In this document: positions 40,142 to 53,100 of the stretch, piece after piece | Position numbering within the stretch: position 1 is the first letter of the stretch | Layout: each line of letters opens with the position of its first letter | Source of the DNA: Haplodiscus bocki | Lineage: Eukaryota | DNA length: 64,000 nucleotides | Direction: 5' to 3' | NCBI GenBank assembly: GCA_965655095.1 | Contig: OZ296652.1 | Coordinates: 82,398,001 to 82,462,000, forward strand | Notes under the pieces: model-generated | Databases searched by the model: none | Told to the model about the DNA's origin: nothing | The model's input: the letters and a program-made list of their open reading frames with translations, nothing else | Made by a program: the position numbers and the translations under genes

Positions 40142-40700
40142 CTAACCTCGAATTGCTATGCAGATGTGCTTATAGTTAGCGTCTTGTATGATTCGTTGTT
40201 TCACTTCTCCAGTTACAATGTCAATTTCAAACTCTTTAAAATCAAATTGCTGGTAATAAATAAAGAATCCCAGGAAAAGTTCAGCCAGCCCATCTTTGTT
40301 TTTGGTCCTCACTTTCAGCCGTTTATGGGCTCTGAGATCCTTCCAATTTATCAAATTCTTTCGATCTTTCTTAAAAAGCTGTGCTGCGGAAGTTTGCAAA
40401 GCTGGTAGAACTGAAAAACACCAAAGTTGTAATTGTACATAAACAAGTCATTTATAATGGTTTCAGTCACGCCACATCTTACTAATGGGCCAGATTGCAG
40501 AAAAGGCGTGATAAAAGCCGAAAAGTTTGAGTTTTCAGACATTTATTTCACTAAAAATATACAATTGCGCCTGGATGAAAGCGGTCCGAGGTGATTTGTG
40601 CCCAGACAATCTCTTCTGCAGAAAACAATCAGCTTAATAGGCGCCTTTGAGTATTTTTCCATTGGTGGTATGATTTTATAGTCGAAGTTTTGCAAACAAA
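40142..40700 (-). pseudogene. Non-canonical poly(A) polymerase/TUTase (Cid1/GLD-2/TENT family) pseudogene, copy A
   Basis: SKAPIKL..RRNCIFLVK*MSENSNFSAFITPFLQ, then FMYNYNFGVFQFYQLCKLP, then the PAP-associated motif KNKDGLAELFLGFFIYYQQFDFKEFEIDIVTG..HICIAIR. Contains a stop and a frameshift. Confidence 0.7.
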
Positions 40701-40839
40701 ATGGAGAATACATTAGATTTTTGACAGTAAGAATAGCAAATTCATGTTTAGAGATAGAGTTATAATTTTACTTTTGTTTTTTGACTCATTTATTTTGAGA
40801 GTTAATTTTTTGAAGTCGTGTAAAAGTAAATAGTAGATG

Positions 40840-43400
40840 ATAGATATCCTAAAAAACAAAAATAACTTCCAGCAAATTTCCAATCTTCCAAAGCGAGATT
40901 TCTGGCCAAAACTAAAAATTTTACTGATCATGACGAATACCTACGTAGTTACGAGGAAAATGTTTCTGACGCGTCTTCCGAATTGTTTGAGGCGTCGAAT
41001 ACTGATAAAAGTGTCCTACGAAAGCTCTTTCATTACGCTTTCTCACAGTATTTTTTGTTTGCTCCCAGACCGTATTATTTGCTTCCCCGCACTCAGATCC
41101 CATGCTATACCATACATGGCCATGCAACTGCCATGTTACCCATGCATGGCAATGTATGAACCATGCATAGAGCTATTTGTTCGGAAAGTGTTGAAAAAAA
41201 GCAAAGCAGAACAAAACATAGCAGCAACGAGGGTTGTGCATAGGCTTCGCGAGAAACTGCGCTGTGAAAAATTAGAACGTTTGAAGCAAATTGAGCGCAG
41301 CCTCCCTCCGTGCCGCGAAGCAACGCCACAAAAACTCTGACAAAACATTCTCTTTCCAATTATTCATCGCCAAAATGTCGAGCCGAAACGACAATAATTG
41401 AAAAAAAACACCTTTAATTTCAGAAACGATCAGAATAGCCTCTGAAATTTTACCGTAACCTGCAAAAAGCAGTATTCGGCGAGCACAACTAAACCTATAG
41501 GATATCCATGTTGGAAAGATTCTCAAAATTGAGAAAAACGTTTTTAAACTAATTTTTGCCGAAAAATCGCAAACAACAACGCGAAAATCTCTGACCGCTG
41601 TTGTAAGGTTGTGCCATGCCGAGGAAAATTTTCTGCCCCGTATGTGATGTTTATTAGAAAAAAGTAGCTTGATGAAAGTTCGTTACTTTATTTTTTCCTG
41701 GGACTCTATGATGATGCTCTGGGTACTCTTGGCCGACGAGACAGGCGACTTTCAATAGGAAGTATACTTTTTGACAATTTTTGACAAAAATAAGCGCATT
41801 GGAGAAAAATTGACTCTGGCATCAAAAATTCTTTTTATATGAGCAACAAGTTGCCTTATGTTCGGAGCTCTGCACACTAGAGAACGACGTTTTGCAAAAA
41901 ATCTCAATTTTTGGGCCAAAAAAAATGAACTACGGGCAATTTTTTGGCTGTTAAAACTTTTCACAATTCCGGATAGTCTATTAGAAGAAAAAGATTCAAT
42001 CCACCGCTTCCATACCGTTTTCAGGACTTCAAGATACTAATTCGAGATGCAATCAATGCAAACCGAAGAAATGCTATGGGTTTGAAAAATCTCAAAAGTA
42101 AACATCTTTTTTTTGCAAATGAGTTTTTTTCCAGTCAAAAAATGGGCCGGAAACATTATGAAGGGTGTCTTTCACCTCTGAAATCATGCACTCGGCTATG
42201 TTGGTGCAGAAAGATCTAAGTCAAGTTGTTTGAAGAGCTTTCCATTGCTAAAAAGGCGACGAAACATGTAACTGAACAATTTTTTGCAAAAAAATATCAG
42301 ACGATACTCCAATAATACCTCCAACAACTTTCAGCAAAGGGTTTTAATGATATGGTTTATCTTGTTTTATCGAATGAATAGGATAGCTAGTTCATTCAAC
42401 TGGCATGAGCCCGGAAAAACGAACCACTTGCCCCTTGAAAAAACAGCGTTTCTCTTTTGCCATCGCTGTTGTTTTGGGACACAAAGCTTTTTGGGTGTGG
42501 TCAATTACACCATTGGGGACTACATTTACATGAAGGAGGTCCATTGGGCCGATGATTACAAGTGAAAGTGCGTCAAAATCTAAAACGCAGTAGGTAGGCG
42601 GCGTATTCAGTGAAAAAGTCGGCGGTTTTAATTTGAAAAATTCTCTAGTGAAAGAATGCGAAGTTTTTTGCCTTTCTGGAAGCCAGATTCGCTTGCGATC
42701 TGGTGAAAAAAAACAACACCGTAGGTATTTTCTAAAAAATGAGCGTCCAAAGTTTAATGAATGACCAAAATGTTCATCGACGAATAAAAACATAGGCGCG
42801 ACGAAAGTCGCCCACGGTCTTTGACTAAATAAAGCGCAAAAAAGCCCTGTTTTGCAACTTAAAAACGCCTGGGGTAAGTTTTTCTCTGACAGATGGGAAG
42901 ATGAATTTAACGAGTGATTAAGAAGAGAATTGAGAAATTTCCGAGTTTTCACTATATCATTGCCGGAAAACATCGACGGGAAAAAACTTCTCCTGAGACA
43001 TACAGACAAAAATGAGGGGTAGCTCATGTAAACATTTTCGTTGGAGGGTCATAACGTGCCAACGACTAGTAGAGGCGGACTGCAGCATGGAGAAATAACA
43101 AATCAAAAAATAGGATTATCCCAAAAGATTCCAAGGGGCAAAAGCTAATTTTTCAAGACGTAAGAAAAGGTTGCAGCTCTACGCTAAACGATTGTGTGGC
43201 AGTGTTTATGAAAAAACGTTTGTGGGGGCTCCACGACAACTGCACTTGTCCTCGAATTAAAAGTACATTGGGAAATTTGCAAGTCGAAAACGTTCAGCCA
43301 AAATCACGAAGGTATCCGTCGGCTGTCGGAAAATCTATCCACTGACGTGGTCTTAAAACACTACCAATTATCTGTGTTTTATTCCTACTGTGACATGGAA
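40840..43400 (+). mobile_element. Decayed protein-primed family-B DNA polymerase of a Polinton/Maverick
   Basis: Relics in the expected order: YESSFITLS..IICFP (cf. DSxxF..KGxFP), FNFRND (~41415), HYEGC/FH (42154; cf. EFxGCxWHG), NAWGKF (42864; motif B), LYA/NDCVAV (~43175; cf. YxDTDS), STLGNLQVE (43262; cf. LGxLTDE), VSVGCRKIY (43312; cf. FVSxGxKxY). Confidence 0.65.
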
Positions 43401-44149
43401 AACAATAAGCCAACACATTCTGCCGAGTATTTTCAATAAAAATAGACACACAAAAAATTTCAGTCGAAAAAGTAATGATGTTTTTTGAAAAATTTAAACG
43501 TTGACAAACTAAATATACTGATTGACCCGAAACTGGACTGCAGTTTGCACTACAGTAATGAGTGCATTCTGAAGTTTTGAATGGATGTAGTTCTAACGCT
43601 GAAAATACTAATAAACTACGTAAAATTCATGTTTCTCAAAATGTTTCGGCCAAAACAACCATCGAGGCGGAAAATTTGCGGATAATGTTTGGCAATATTT
43701 GAACACCTTGAGAGGAATCCCAAAAATTGATCTCATTGGCTTCTATAGACTCTGAGATGTTTCTGCTTTCAAAACAGTTTGCTGGTAGATGTAACGAAAT
43801 CAGCGAAAAAAATTGAAACCCAAAAATACCATAAAAAACGTTTCCTGCAAGATGATTTGATTTTATAAATAAAAAAAATGACTTCACTGTCGTTTACAAT
43901 TTTCTCAAACATCACTGGGGGATTGTGAAGTGCCAGGCATGCAAGATAGAGATGCTTTCACTGTCCAAAGTAATAAGAGAATGAGTAAATTTTCCAGTTT
44001 TCAAAACTTCTTTGCATAGAAAATCATGAAGATAAAAACTTTCGGAAAGTTTGCTGATGAATATTTAGCAAGCTTCCATCCCGAACTTTTAATGAAAAGG
44101 CTATGGTGGTAGCTGCAGTGAGCTAGGAACTTTGAGCTTTAGAAGAATG

Positions 44150-45420
44150 GATGTCGCGAATTCTTGCGAAAAGAAACAAAATGCAAACAACTGGGCATGC
44201 TCGTTTCACTCGAAGCCCTGAAAAAGAGAAGGCTGGTAAAATATAATTATAGAGACTTCTCGCTTCACTCGAAGCCTGAAAAGGCTAAACACATTTTTAA
44301 CACTCAAACCTTCAGTGACAAAACGGGCAAAATTTCGATTTTCCAAAGATTCGTTCTATCAACTGCGGAATAATTTTTCAGTTCCGGATTCATGGATTGA
44401 AAACCTCTGGTTATTGTTTCCCTGCTGTTTCATTACACCAATTCAAGATGTTGCCAAGCTATCAAGCTATCCAAAAATGCTTGGTAGCACTCTTTTAGAA
44501 CACCACTGTATAACTTTGTCAATAATATTAAGTACTTGAAAGAACTGTTGAGAAGGCAAGGGTACTAAGGAACCGGCGTTTTTTTAAATTACCGGGCTAA
44601 ATACTTCAAAACAATAATTCTTTGTTAATTGTTTTTTGGAGAGTTTAAACCTGGTTTGATGAGACCGGCTTGTAGGTAGAAAATGATCATGAGTGTCAAG
44701 AGGTACCCGGATAACTTTCCCTCTTCTGGTTTCAAAAGACCCTCCCGGTAGGCCCATTGTTTGATAGGCAGCACAACATGTACCAGGCGATTCTCAACTG
44801 AAAAAAAAGAAACAGTGCCAGGGTTGCTGTGAACTGACGTGGCTTAGTGGTGAATTGAATTTTCTAAAACTCATCTTACTTTCATGATAGGTTCTCAAGA
44901 GGAAAGCTGTGTACACGGCAGAAAGGTCATTTATGGATATGTGCAACCGGAATCCACTGAAAAACAAGGTAACACCATGAAGTAAAAGACCGGTTTTAAA
45001 TTGTATTCTTACGGTAGATTCGAGACAAAGTTTCATTTTAAAATATCGAAGCTATAACTTGTTATGAGCTATTCCTTTCTTTTTCTGATGTTCCAAGTGC
45101 AAAGATATCAGACTGAGATGTTTTCAGATGCAAGCTATCTTGAACAAAAAGCATTGCTCTGCTTCAAGGTGTTGAGAGGCGGGCGTACAATACAATTCCT
45201 CTTTGCCTTTTGCTACACACGAACTATGTTGTCTGCAATGTCCGGTAGTCCATTCGTGCAAACTCTTCTTACTTTCAGTGATAACGTCAGCATCCACTGC
45301 TTTGGAAATCCTGCCTTACACCTTTGGGCTGGAGTTCAATATTACCGTGTCTTTGGGTCAGGTTGTTTTGTTGAAACTATCATTAACGTCACCGAACTAG
45401 CGTAACATTAGATTAACAAC
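44150..45420 (-). pseudogene. Spliced non-canonical poly(A) polymerase/TUTase (Cid1/GLD-2/TENT family) pseudogene, copy B
   Basis: Eroded FGDVNDSFNKTT*PKDTVIL (45396; cf. FGSxxNGFxxxxSDxD). Clean exon 44880-44956 reads GFRLHISINDLSAVYTAFLLRTYHE. Clean exon 44651-44797 reads IENRLVHVVLPIKQWAYREGLLKPEEGKLSGYLLTLMIIFYLQ. They are joined by a phase-1 GT-AG intron (44798-44879). Downstream LDSLATS*IG has stops. Confidence 0.85.
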
Positions 45421-46699
45421 AGCATTGTCATTTTTGGGTAAAACTTAATCTGGAATTCTGTTGTTGTTGGAAGTCGTGCAAGTTATTAATTTCCGCCATA
45501 TTTATAATATGGGAGGAAAATCATCCCCGCAAAGCGAACGTTTCTTTACACTGACTTCCAATTGAGAATGTCTGAATGTCCGTACGGTTGTAACTATGAA
45601 AATTTTCTTATCGCCAATTTATAGCGAATTTGCCGTAGCATGCGACTGAAATAGTAAGATTTCTCAAAACGTTCAAAAATTGGGGATTTTTTTGAAAAAA
45701 TAGATGGGTTTTTTCCGTGAAAAAGCTTGCATTCTTTCAATACCGTAAAGGTAGTAAACTTGCTTTAGAATGCGTATCGAATAATATTTTCTTAAGAATG
45801 TCTTTTTGTGTGGTCTTAATTGTGTGGTTTTAAAAATCGACAATTTCTAAAATTAGAAAAATTACAAAAATTTGATGAAATAAAGCATTTTGAAAAAACC
45901 GCTTTGATCCTTTCAAAAAACATCTTTACCAAAATGGGAAGAAGGAAAAAATGCCGGTTAGAGCCAGCCGTCTTGTTTAATTACTGATCAAATTTTATTG
46001 AAAAACTACCAACTGTTGATTGCAAGAAAGAGACGATTTTTCAAAACATAGAAAACACTATTTTTTACAAATCACTTTTCGTTCGAATATGTTCGGTAAT
46101 CTTTCAGAATTTTACGATTATTTTCCAACATAATCGAGGTTTTTTCAAAACTTCCTAAAAAGTGACACCTCGTTCTCACTGTTTTATCAAATGTCAGATT
46201 TTAAAGTCGTACCAGCACTTCGAAATTTCCTTCATTTTTGATGAAATTTCATTACATAGGCAGAAAGACAAGACCTTTTTATGACCTATATAGCGGAAAC
46301 GGTTTTCAAACTGATCAATTAATTTACTAATTTGATCAAAATATTCATTTCGCGGCTTGGAAAAGAATTTGATGATCAGAGTTTTTGAAGACAGAAGAAA
46401 AAGCACAACGTTAATTTCACAGATTGCCTATATAAATTTTTTGTTTCAAAAATGCCTAAATAGTTAAAAGTCAACGATTAGTTTTTCATATCATCAAAAA
46501 CATTTGCAAAAATGAAATCATATCATTTTGCCTATTTTCAAACATTCATCAGTGGCCAAGCGGTGCTTGACAAACACTTGCGAGACCAGTTTTCATTTCG
46601 AAAGTATTTTTAAAACTACCAGGAAAACTTACTCGGACTCACGAATTGTGCTAACGAGTCGCACATTTTCTGGCTACGTTAACGATCACGAAACAAGTA

Positions 46700-48900
46700 C
46701 ACATATGCAGAGCCTAAAGATGCTGCTATTGCATTTGGGTCATATACAGAAACTCCAGTAGCCAATGAATGAGTATGTTCAAGGAAGGTGCATTGTGACA
46801 ACGAGGGAGCGAGAAAAACAAACCTGATGAAAACAAAAATTAAGGCACCTTGGACTTTTCAATTGAAAGAATACTTTTTCCAACTAATATTAAAAACAAG
46901 CCTTAGAAAATGTTTTACAGAAACTCTATTCAGCGGGTGGTTGAAGCAGTGCTTGATGTAACCAATTCGGCCAGTAATTATACTGAAATAACGTGTTTGA
47001 TGCGCAAGGAAAGTAGAAACATCTTGGATTTTTCAATACCAAATCGAGATTTTTTTGCAAAATTCTTTGAGAAGGCTCCTTAAATTGTTTCAAGGAAACT
47101 TTGTACCAAATGCTGTTGAAAAGTTACCGGACGGAGCAAATCAAACCACTAGTGTTTGAGAAAATTAAGTTTAAGGGGCCACGCAAAACAAAACATCTTT
47201 GGTTTTCCAGAGAAAATTGAAACTTCTTGCATTAATACCGGGAACACATTATCTTTTCAACTCAGTAAAAAGTGGAGACGTGAACGGCTAGGCGAATCAG
47301 CCAATCATGGGTGCAAATCTGATGCCAGCTACTAAGGAAAACAATTTCAACGAAAAATCAACCATACAAGTAAGAGCGTCTCTGATATTTCAATTATGAG
47401 TCAAAGATTTTCGCAGTAAAAGTAAACATCAGAAATCCCTCGAGGGCACAAATTTCCCTGAATTATCTTGAGTTGAATTAAAAAGAACCGAATGAAAGAG
47501 GACGCTGCACCCGCGACGTCATTTGAAAACTCGGCCTGATCAAACCCTGTTCTTAAGCATCACAGAAATTTGGAATTAACTTACGGGCACAAAAACAGAT
47601 CGGTTTATCATCATTCCAAATCATTTGCTCATCGCTAGTATAAAACATACGTTTAACCAACAATAGCCTCTATCCAAAGTTTTCACTATTTTTTTTCAAT
47701 AGTGGGCTCGACCTAGTTTCTGGAAAATGTCCTCTCGTGGTTATTGCGCTTTTTGCACAGATTATGAGATTGTAAAACTCAGTCATTTTAAATCAAGAAA
47801 AAATTAATTTGCAACTTTTTCCGACACACCACTTCTTGCTGAACAAGAATCGAACAAAGTTAACATTCAAATGAAGAAATTAAAGAAGGTGGCCTTATTT
47901 ACCTTAGTGGAGAAAATTTAGGCAGAATGCGACACACTTCGCTTTAATAATTTCCAGCACCAGCAAACAGCATGAACAAATTTCAACACTAGTGGAAACG
48001 CATTCTCAGCAAGCGAAAGCAATTGTTGCAAGTTGGAGATGCACGAAAAAGAAAGGAAAGGCGTCTATAGAATATTGGCATCGATAGCTTCTCTTAATCG
48101 ATTGTCTTAGACATTTAGATCGTATGTCTTTTTGGCACTGACAGAGTTTGAGCAAATTTTCTAAAAAATAGACCCTTAACGCTTTTGTTTTCGTTAAAAT
48201 CGGCCTCTGGCAATGTTCGCTCCAGTATTGAAGCATATGAATCAAAAACCGATTTCTGAGGCAAAAAAAATGAAGACGAACAGAGTTTCCCTGGGAAGAA
48301 AGAATCATTAGTCTAGAGCTGCAAACGGTATCGAAAGTTAGAAAAACTTGATGCAAGAATGAGAAGATGCAGCTCATTTTTAGAAATTCTGCTTGTCACA
48401 CACTCAAAACTAAAAATTTTACGAAAAGGTTAGACCAATCTACATAAAACGAGCTTTCGAATATGCCCCAGATGAAAGCACTTCTGTGGATAGTATAGGA
48501 CAAGAGTCGATTTGGAATTTCACCAAATCGGCATTTGCTGATTCAGCAAATTTTGGACTATCATTTCCAATAAAACAAAATCTTCGGAAACTGCTGCATT
48601 TCAATCATATTTCATATAATGAGTTTTAAATTAAGCGCTAGGTGAAAGGCTCCGAGAGGGTTGTTTAGAACTCCAATATACATATGGAAAGAATAGAAAT
48701 CATATGCTCCAGCAAAAAGTAGGAAAATGAAAGAAAACTTCAATGAACTAAACCAAATTAACCAGTCTACATAGAACATTCTTTCCGTTCGGCCCGAGAG
48801 AGATGAAGAAAATTAAATAAATACTTTGAGAAAAACCATTCCAGAACCGATAACTAATCAACATCGTGAATACTTTAGGACTCGTTTTCATAGTCATGTC
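46700..48900 (+). pseudogene. Possible decayed NACHT/LRR (NLR-like) gene
   Basis: Frameshifted H-LSFQ (~47245; cf. FxHLSFQEF) and LRR-like KIGLWQCSL (~48196). No open frame. Confidence 0.2.
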
Positions 48901-49990
48901 TCGACAGCTCCAAGAAAACGCGAAAGACGGCAAAAGAACCTGCTTTTTTTTGAGAAGCAAAATTTTTTCGAAATTTTCCACGGCCGTATCGTTGTTCCAA
49001 CATTTGCAAATAAAACGCTGATCTTAACTGAAAGGAAAGAATGAAAATTCTATTTAAAGAAGCAAAATTAGCATTACCACTTTAAAATGGCACTTCATTT
49101 TACCAAGAAAACTGTTTATCAAAATCAACGCATTGCTTAATGCTCCTTAAGTGAAAATGTGTCTTAGGCCTTTAACGCGGACATGCAATTTAAGCAACTA
49201 TTTATACAGGCAGTGAGCTAGTAACAACCTGTGAAGCAGAGGCGTCCACGACATTGTTTAGTGATCCAGAAAAAAGGAAAAAAGATCAACAACTTACCTG
49301 TGAGACCTTTCAGTTTCCACTTCGGTTTTTCAAAAAGAAATACTGCAGATCACGTTGATTGCCTTGTCCTAGTTTTGATTAAAATCGTAGTGAAATTAAC
49401 AACCATACTGTCACGATATAGAACAATGGTAATAAGGGCTTAGTGTTGAGCGCCAAGATGTCATCAAAAAGGCTAGAAGACCGTTTCATCATTTTTGATG
49501 GTCGTTCGATGCTTCGGTGGCTCAAGGATTTGATATACAGCTAAACAATTAATCTTAACAAAACATTCCAAAATAGGACAGCTTATATATTTGGAAAAAT
49601 TGTCGATAAATTTTCTAACTTGTAAGGAATTGTCTATTTGTTATGCCAATTGATAATTTGAATCCTTCTTAGATTTAGCATCCAGAGCATAGGACTAGAA
49701 TATGACAAAAATATTTGTAAAGATCAAAAACAGGTCGATTTTAAATTTTCTCTTGAAAAAAAATAGAGAAGTCTTTGCTTTGCAACTAAAGTGCCGCATA
49801 CAGTAAAACAGGTGTCTTTGTTGAGTCCATTCAAAAATTAATTGTAATTAAACCTTACTGTGCGAAAAAAACAGCTTCTAATCTGACAAAGTAGCGTCAA
49901 GGTACTAAAACCGGGTCGATTTTGACGTTTTTCTTCCGTTGAAAAACCAAAAGAACATCGTCGCACCGTAACCAAAATTTAGTATATGGT

Positions 49991-50154
49991 TGTTATACGG
50001 CGATTCAATACGGTAAACAATACGGTAATATTAGTAAACAATACACTATTGTTATGTTCGGAATACGGTAAACCATTACACTTAGAAAGCTAAACGAATT
50101 ACAATTAGATCATTACAAGTCATTCGCTTTTACCCAATAAGCTTGAGTAGAACA
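49991..50154 (+). repeat. 5' LTR
   Basis: TGTTATACGG...TACCCAATAAGCTTGAGTAGAACA, matching the 3' LTR. Confidence 0.9.
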
Positions 50155-50167
50155 TGGCGCAGTCAGC
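50155..50167 (+). promoter_or_regulatory. Primer-binding site, tRNA-Ser-like
   Basis: TGGCGCAGTC directly after the 5' LTR, like the tRNA-Ser PBS of Drosophila 17.6/297-type elements. Confidence 0.7.
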
Positions 50168-53100
50168 TTTTTTCCAGTCAGATTCTTTAGTACTAATTTC
50201 ACCGAACATTCATTACCGAACATACTGAGTTTATTATCACACCGACAGAAAATGGCGGAAGACCGAATGAAAATACCATGTTTGGACAAAAAAGGGATAG
50301 AAGGGGAAAAAATCTACAACCAAGGACAATGGTTAGAAGGGTTCAAACAATACACGAAAAGCAAATACGAGTTAGATATTGGACCACTAATTAAAGAAGA
50401 TCAAATGAACGGAACCGAATGGATTATTAAAGAAAAAAAAATACAACAAGACTTCGTATGGGCACTGGGACCCGAACCAACACACCAAATAACACGTTCC
50501 GAAGACCGAACCGAACCGGACATGAAAAATAGGACAAATTAAACAAATTATACAACATATAACATTTACCAAGAAGAAACAAACACTTCTTACGAGGAGA
50601 TTTTTTTAGGCAAAACAAATAGATACGGAAACACCGGAAGATCAGTGGGAGGAATTAATCAAACTAGAGAAAATAGGCGTTTTTCCGAACTTTAGCACCA
50701 AACTACTAATATCAAAATCTATTCCATCAACTACCGACAGAAACCACGGGACAAACCCCTGAAAGAAAAACAATTAAACGTACCGAAGGAAGTCGAAGAA
50801 TTACAACAAAATGCATATGACAGAAGGAACAAAAAGAAAACCATACCGGTCACACTAATATCAAACCGAGAAAAAGAAATCAAAAAAGAACCTACACACA
50901 GATTAACACACACACATAAAAATTCGAAACAAGACCAAAAGAGAGACCGTAAGAAGAAAATTGTAGACTTTGCAAAGAAGCAAACTGGAATCGTAATCAC
51001 AAATGCCCAGCTCGAGAACCAATACGTTATAATTGTAAAAAGAACGGGCATTTTGCAAAAACCTGTAAACCAAACTACCGAAAACGACAAAAAATTAAAG
51101 ACCTCGCGGAACCCAAGGAGACCAATAGAGCGTTACTGACGAGTCTAAAAATATAACACCAGAAATAAAACATGTAGACAACTGGAGAAATCGTATCATT
51201 ATCACAGTAAAAATTGACGTAACGAAAAAACAATTTATCGTAAACACAGGATTTTTCAGTCACAACATTACCGCCGGACGAAGAAATAATCAACAACAAG
51301 AAAATATTGCAAACAACAAGAAATAATGAGGACATCAACATGAAAGAAATGAACTTGCCGGAAAGTTTACGGTAAAAGCCGAAAGTAGAGGCATCAGAAA
51401 AAAACGCCCATGCCTTTTACCGAACGACAAGAAACAAGACCATTACTCGGTATAGATTGGCTACGAGTTCGTGTGGCGATGCGAAACATCAAAAGTACAA
51501 AAAATTTAACCAACCAATCAGGAAAAGACAAAATAAGTACAAGTTTTAAAAAAATTTTCGAGACGTACTGATAAATTAAAAATGTCGAGATCGAACTACA
51601 ACTAAAACCAGAAAATTAACCTACAAAACGGAATGCCAGACCCATACAGCACCATCTACACAGCTTTTGTTGAAGAAGAAACACATAACAAAATTAAATC
51701 CGGACCTTTGGAAAAATTACAAAATGTAGAATAATATTGTTTCGTATCTCCGGTAGTAACAACCAAAAAGAAAATCAAATCAGTTACGATTGCATTCGAC
51801 TTGAAAAAAATAGATGATAGCTGTATAAAATTGAGATCAGACATGCCAAACATGGAGGAACTACCAAATCAGACATCAACCGAAATTGCAAGAGTACAGA
51901 ACGAACCAATACGGATATCCAAAATAGACCTTGAATACGCGTACGATCAACTAAATTTATCCGAAGAAACCATGCAGACACTGTAGCTTTGCAAGAAAAC
52001 CGGGGGGGGGGGACATAAACGGATTTTACAGGTTTAAAAAAGGATTCTATGGTTTAACCGCTAATCCGACAGAATTTCAAGAAAAAATAGACGAAACATT
52101 CAAACACTAAACACCAGTGTGACTAGACGATATATTAATTGTAACAAGAGGGGATAAAAAACACCGGGAAAATTTATTCACAATCCTAGAGAAACTTCAC
52201 GAAGCTAGAATTAAAGCAAGTGGGAAAAAGTTTGAATTTTTCCATGAAGAAACAACTTGGCTGGGACACGGGATAACCGAATACGTTTTATAACTTACCA
52301 AAGAAAAAATGAATGCTTTTTACAATTCAAACCACCTACAACCAAGTAAAGCACTATAATCATTCCTCGCGGGAGCAATGCAAAATATTGCAAAATTCCT
52401 ACCCAAGCTTTCAGAAAAAACCGACTTTTTGAGACAACTACTGAGAAAACAATCGGATTGGAATTGGATCAGAGAAAATGGAAGATTTTAACGCAATAAA
52501 AAAATGATATCAGAAATACCATGCTTAGAACATTTTACGAGAGAACGCAATAATATAGTAACAACTGACAGGATTCGGAGTAACTTTGTGGCAAAGACAA
52601 AACGAGGATACAATCCGACCAATAGCAGTCGCCAGTAGATATTTGAACAACGCTGATAAAAATAACTCGATCGGAGAATTGGGACTGCTAGCAGTAGAAT
52701 GGGGATTGGAGAATTTTTCATTCTATTTATACGGCAAAGTGGTACATCATTGTACCGACCATCAAGATTTGGTACCAATAAAAAAAGAAACCGACCATAC
52801 CCAAAATACAGTGTACGACTAATGAGATGGTTAAATGGTTCAGCACATTTCGATAGATCAATTAAACGCACCGCCTGGAAGAACTTTGACGCATTGACAG
52901 ATTACTTAAGTAGACATCCTACCGAAGACGCTACGACGGAGGAAAACGACCAAGAAGCATACGTAATGAAAAATATATAATAGTTTTTTAAATTAAACCA
53001 CAAATGCCGCCATTTCAAAACACGAACCAAAATTTCCTATCAATCGACCAATCAACAAACATGATTTTACCGATGAACTGAGAATCGACCATTGAAAATG

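Noticed and set aside
42392-43027. 211-aa minus-strand ORF
   Set aside because: Antisense shadow of the pPolB relic with no recognisable motifs.
45480-45980. Possible dispersed repeat or MITE
   Set aside because: No second copy, TIR or TSD demonstrable within the window.
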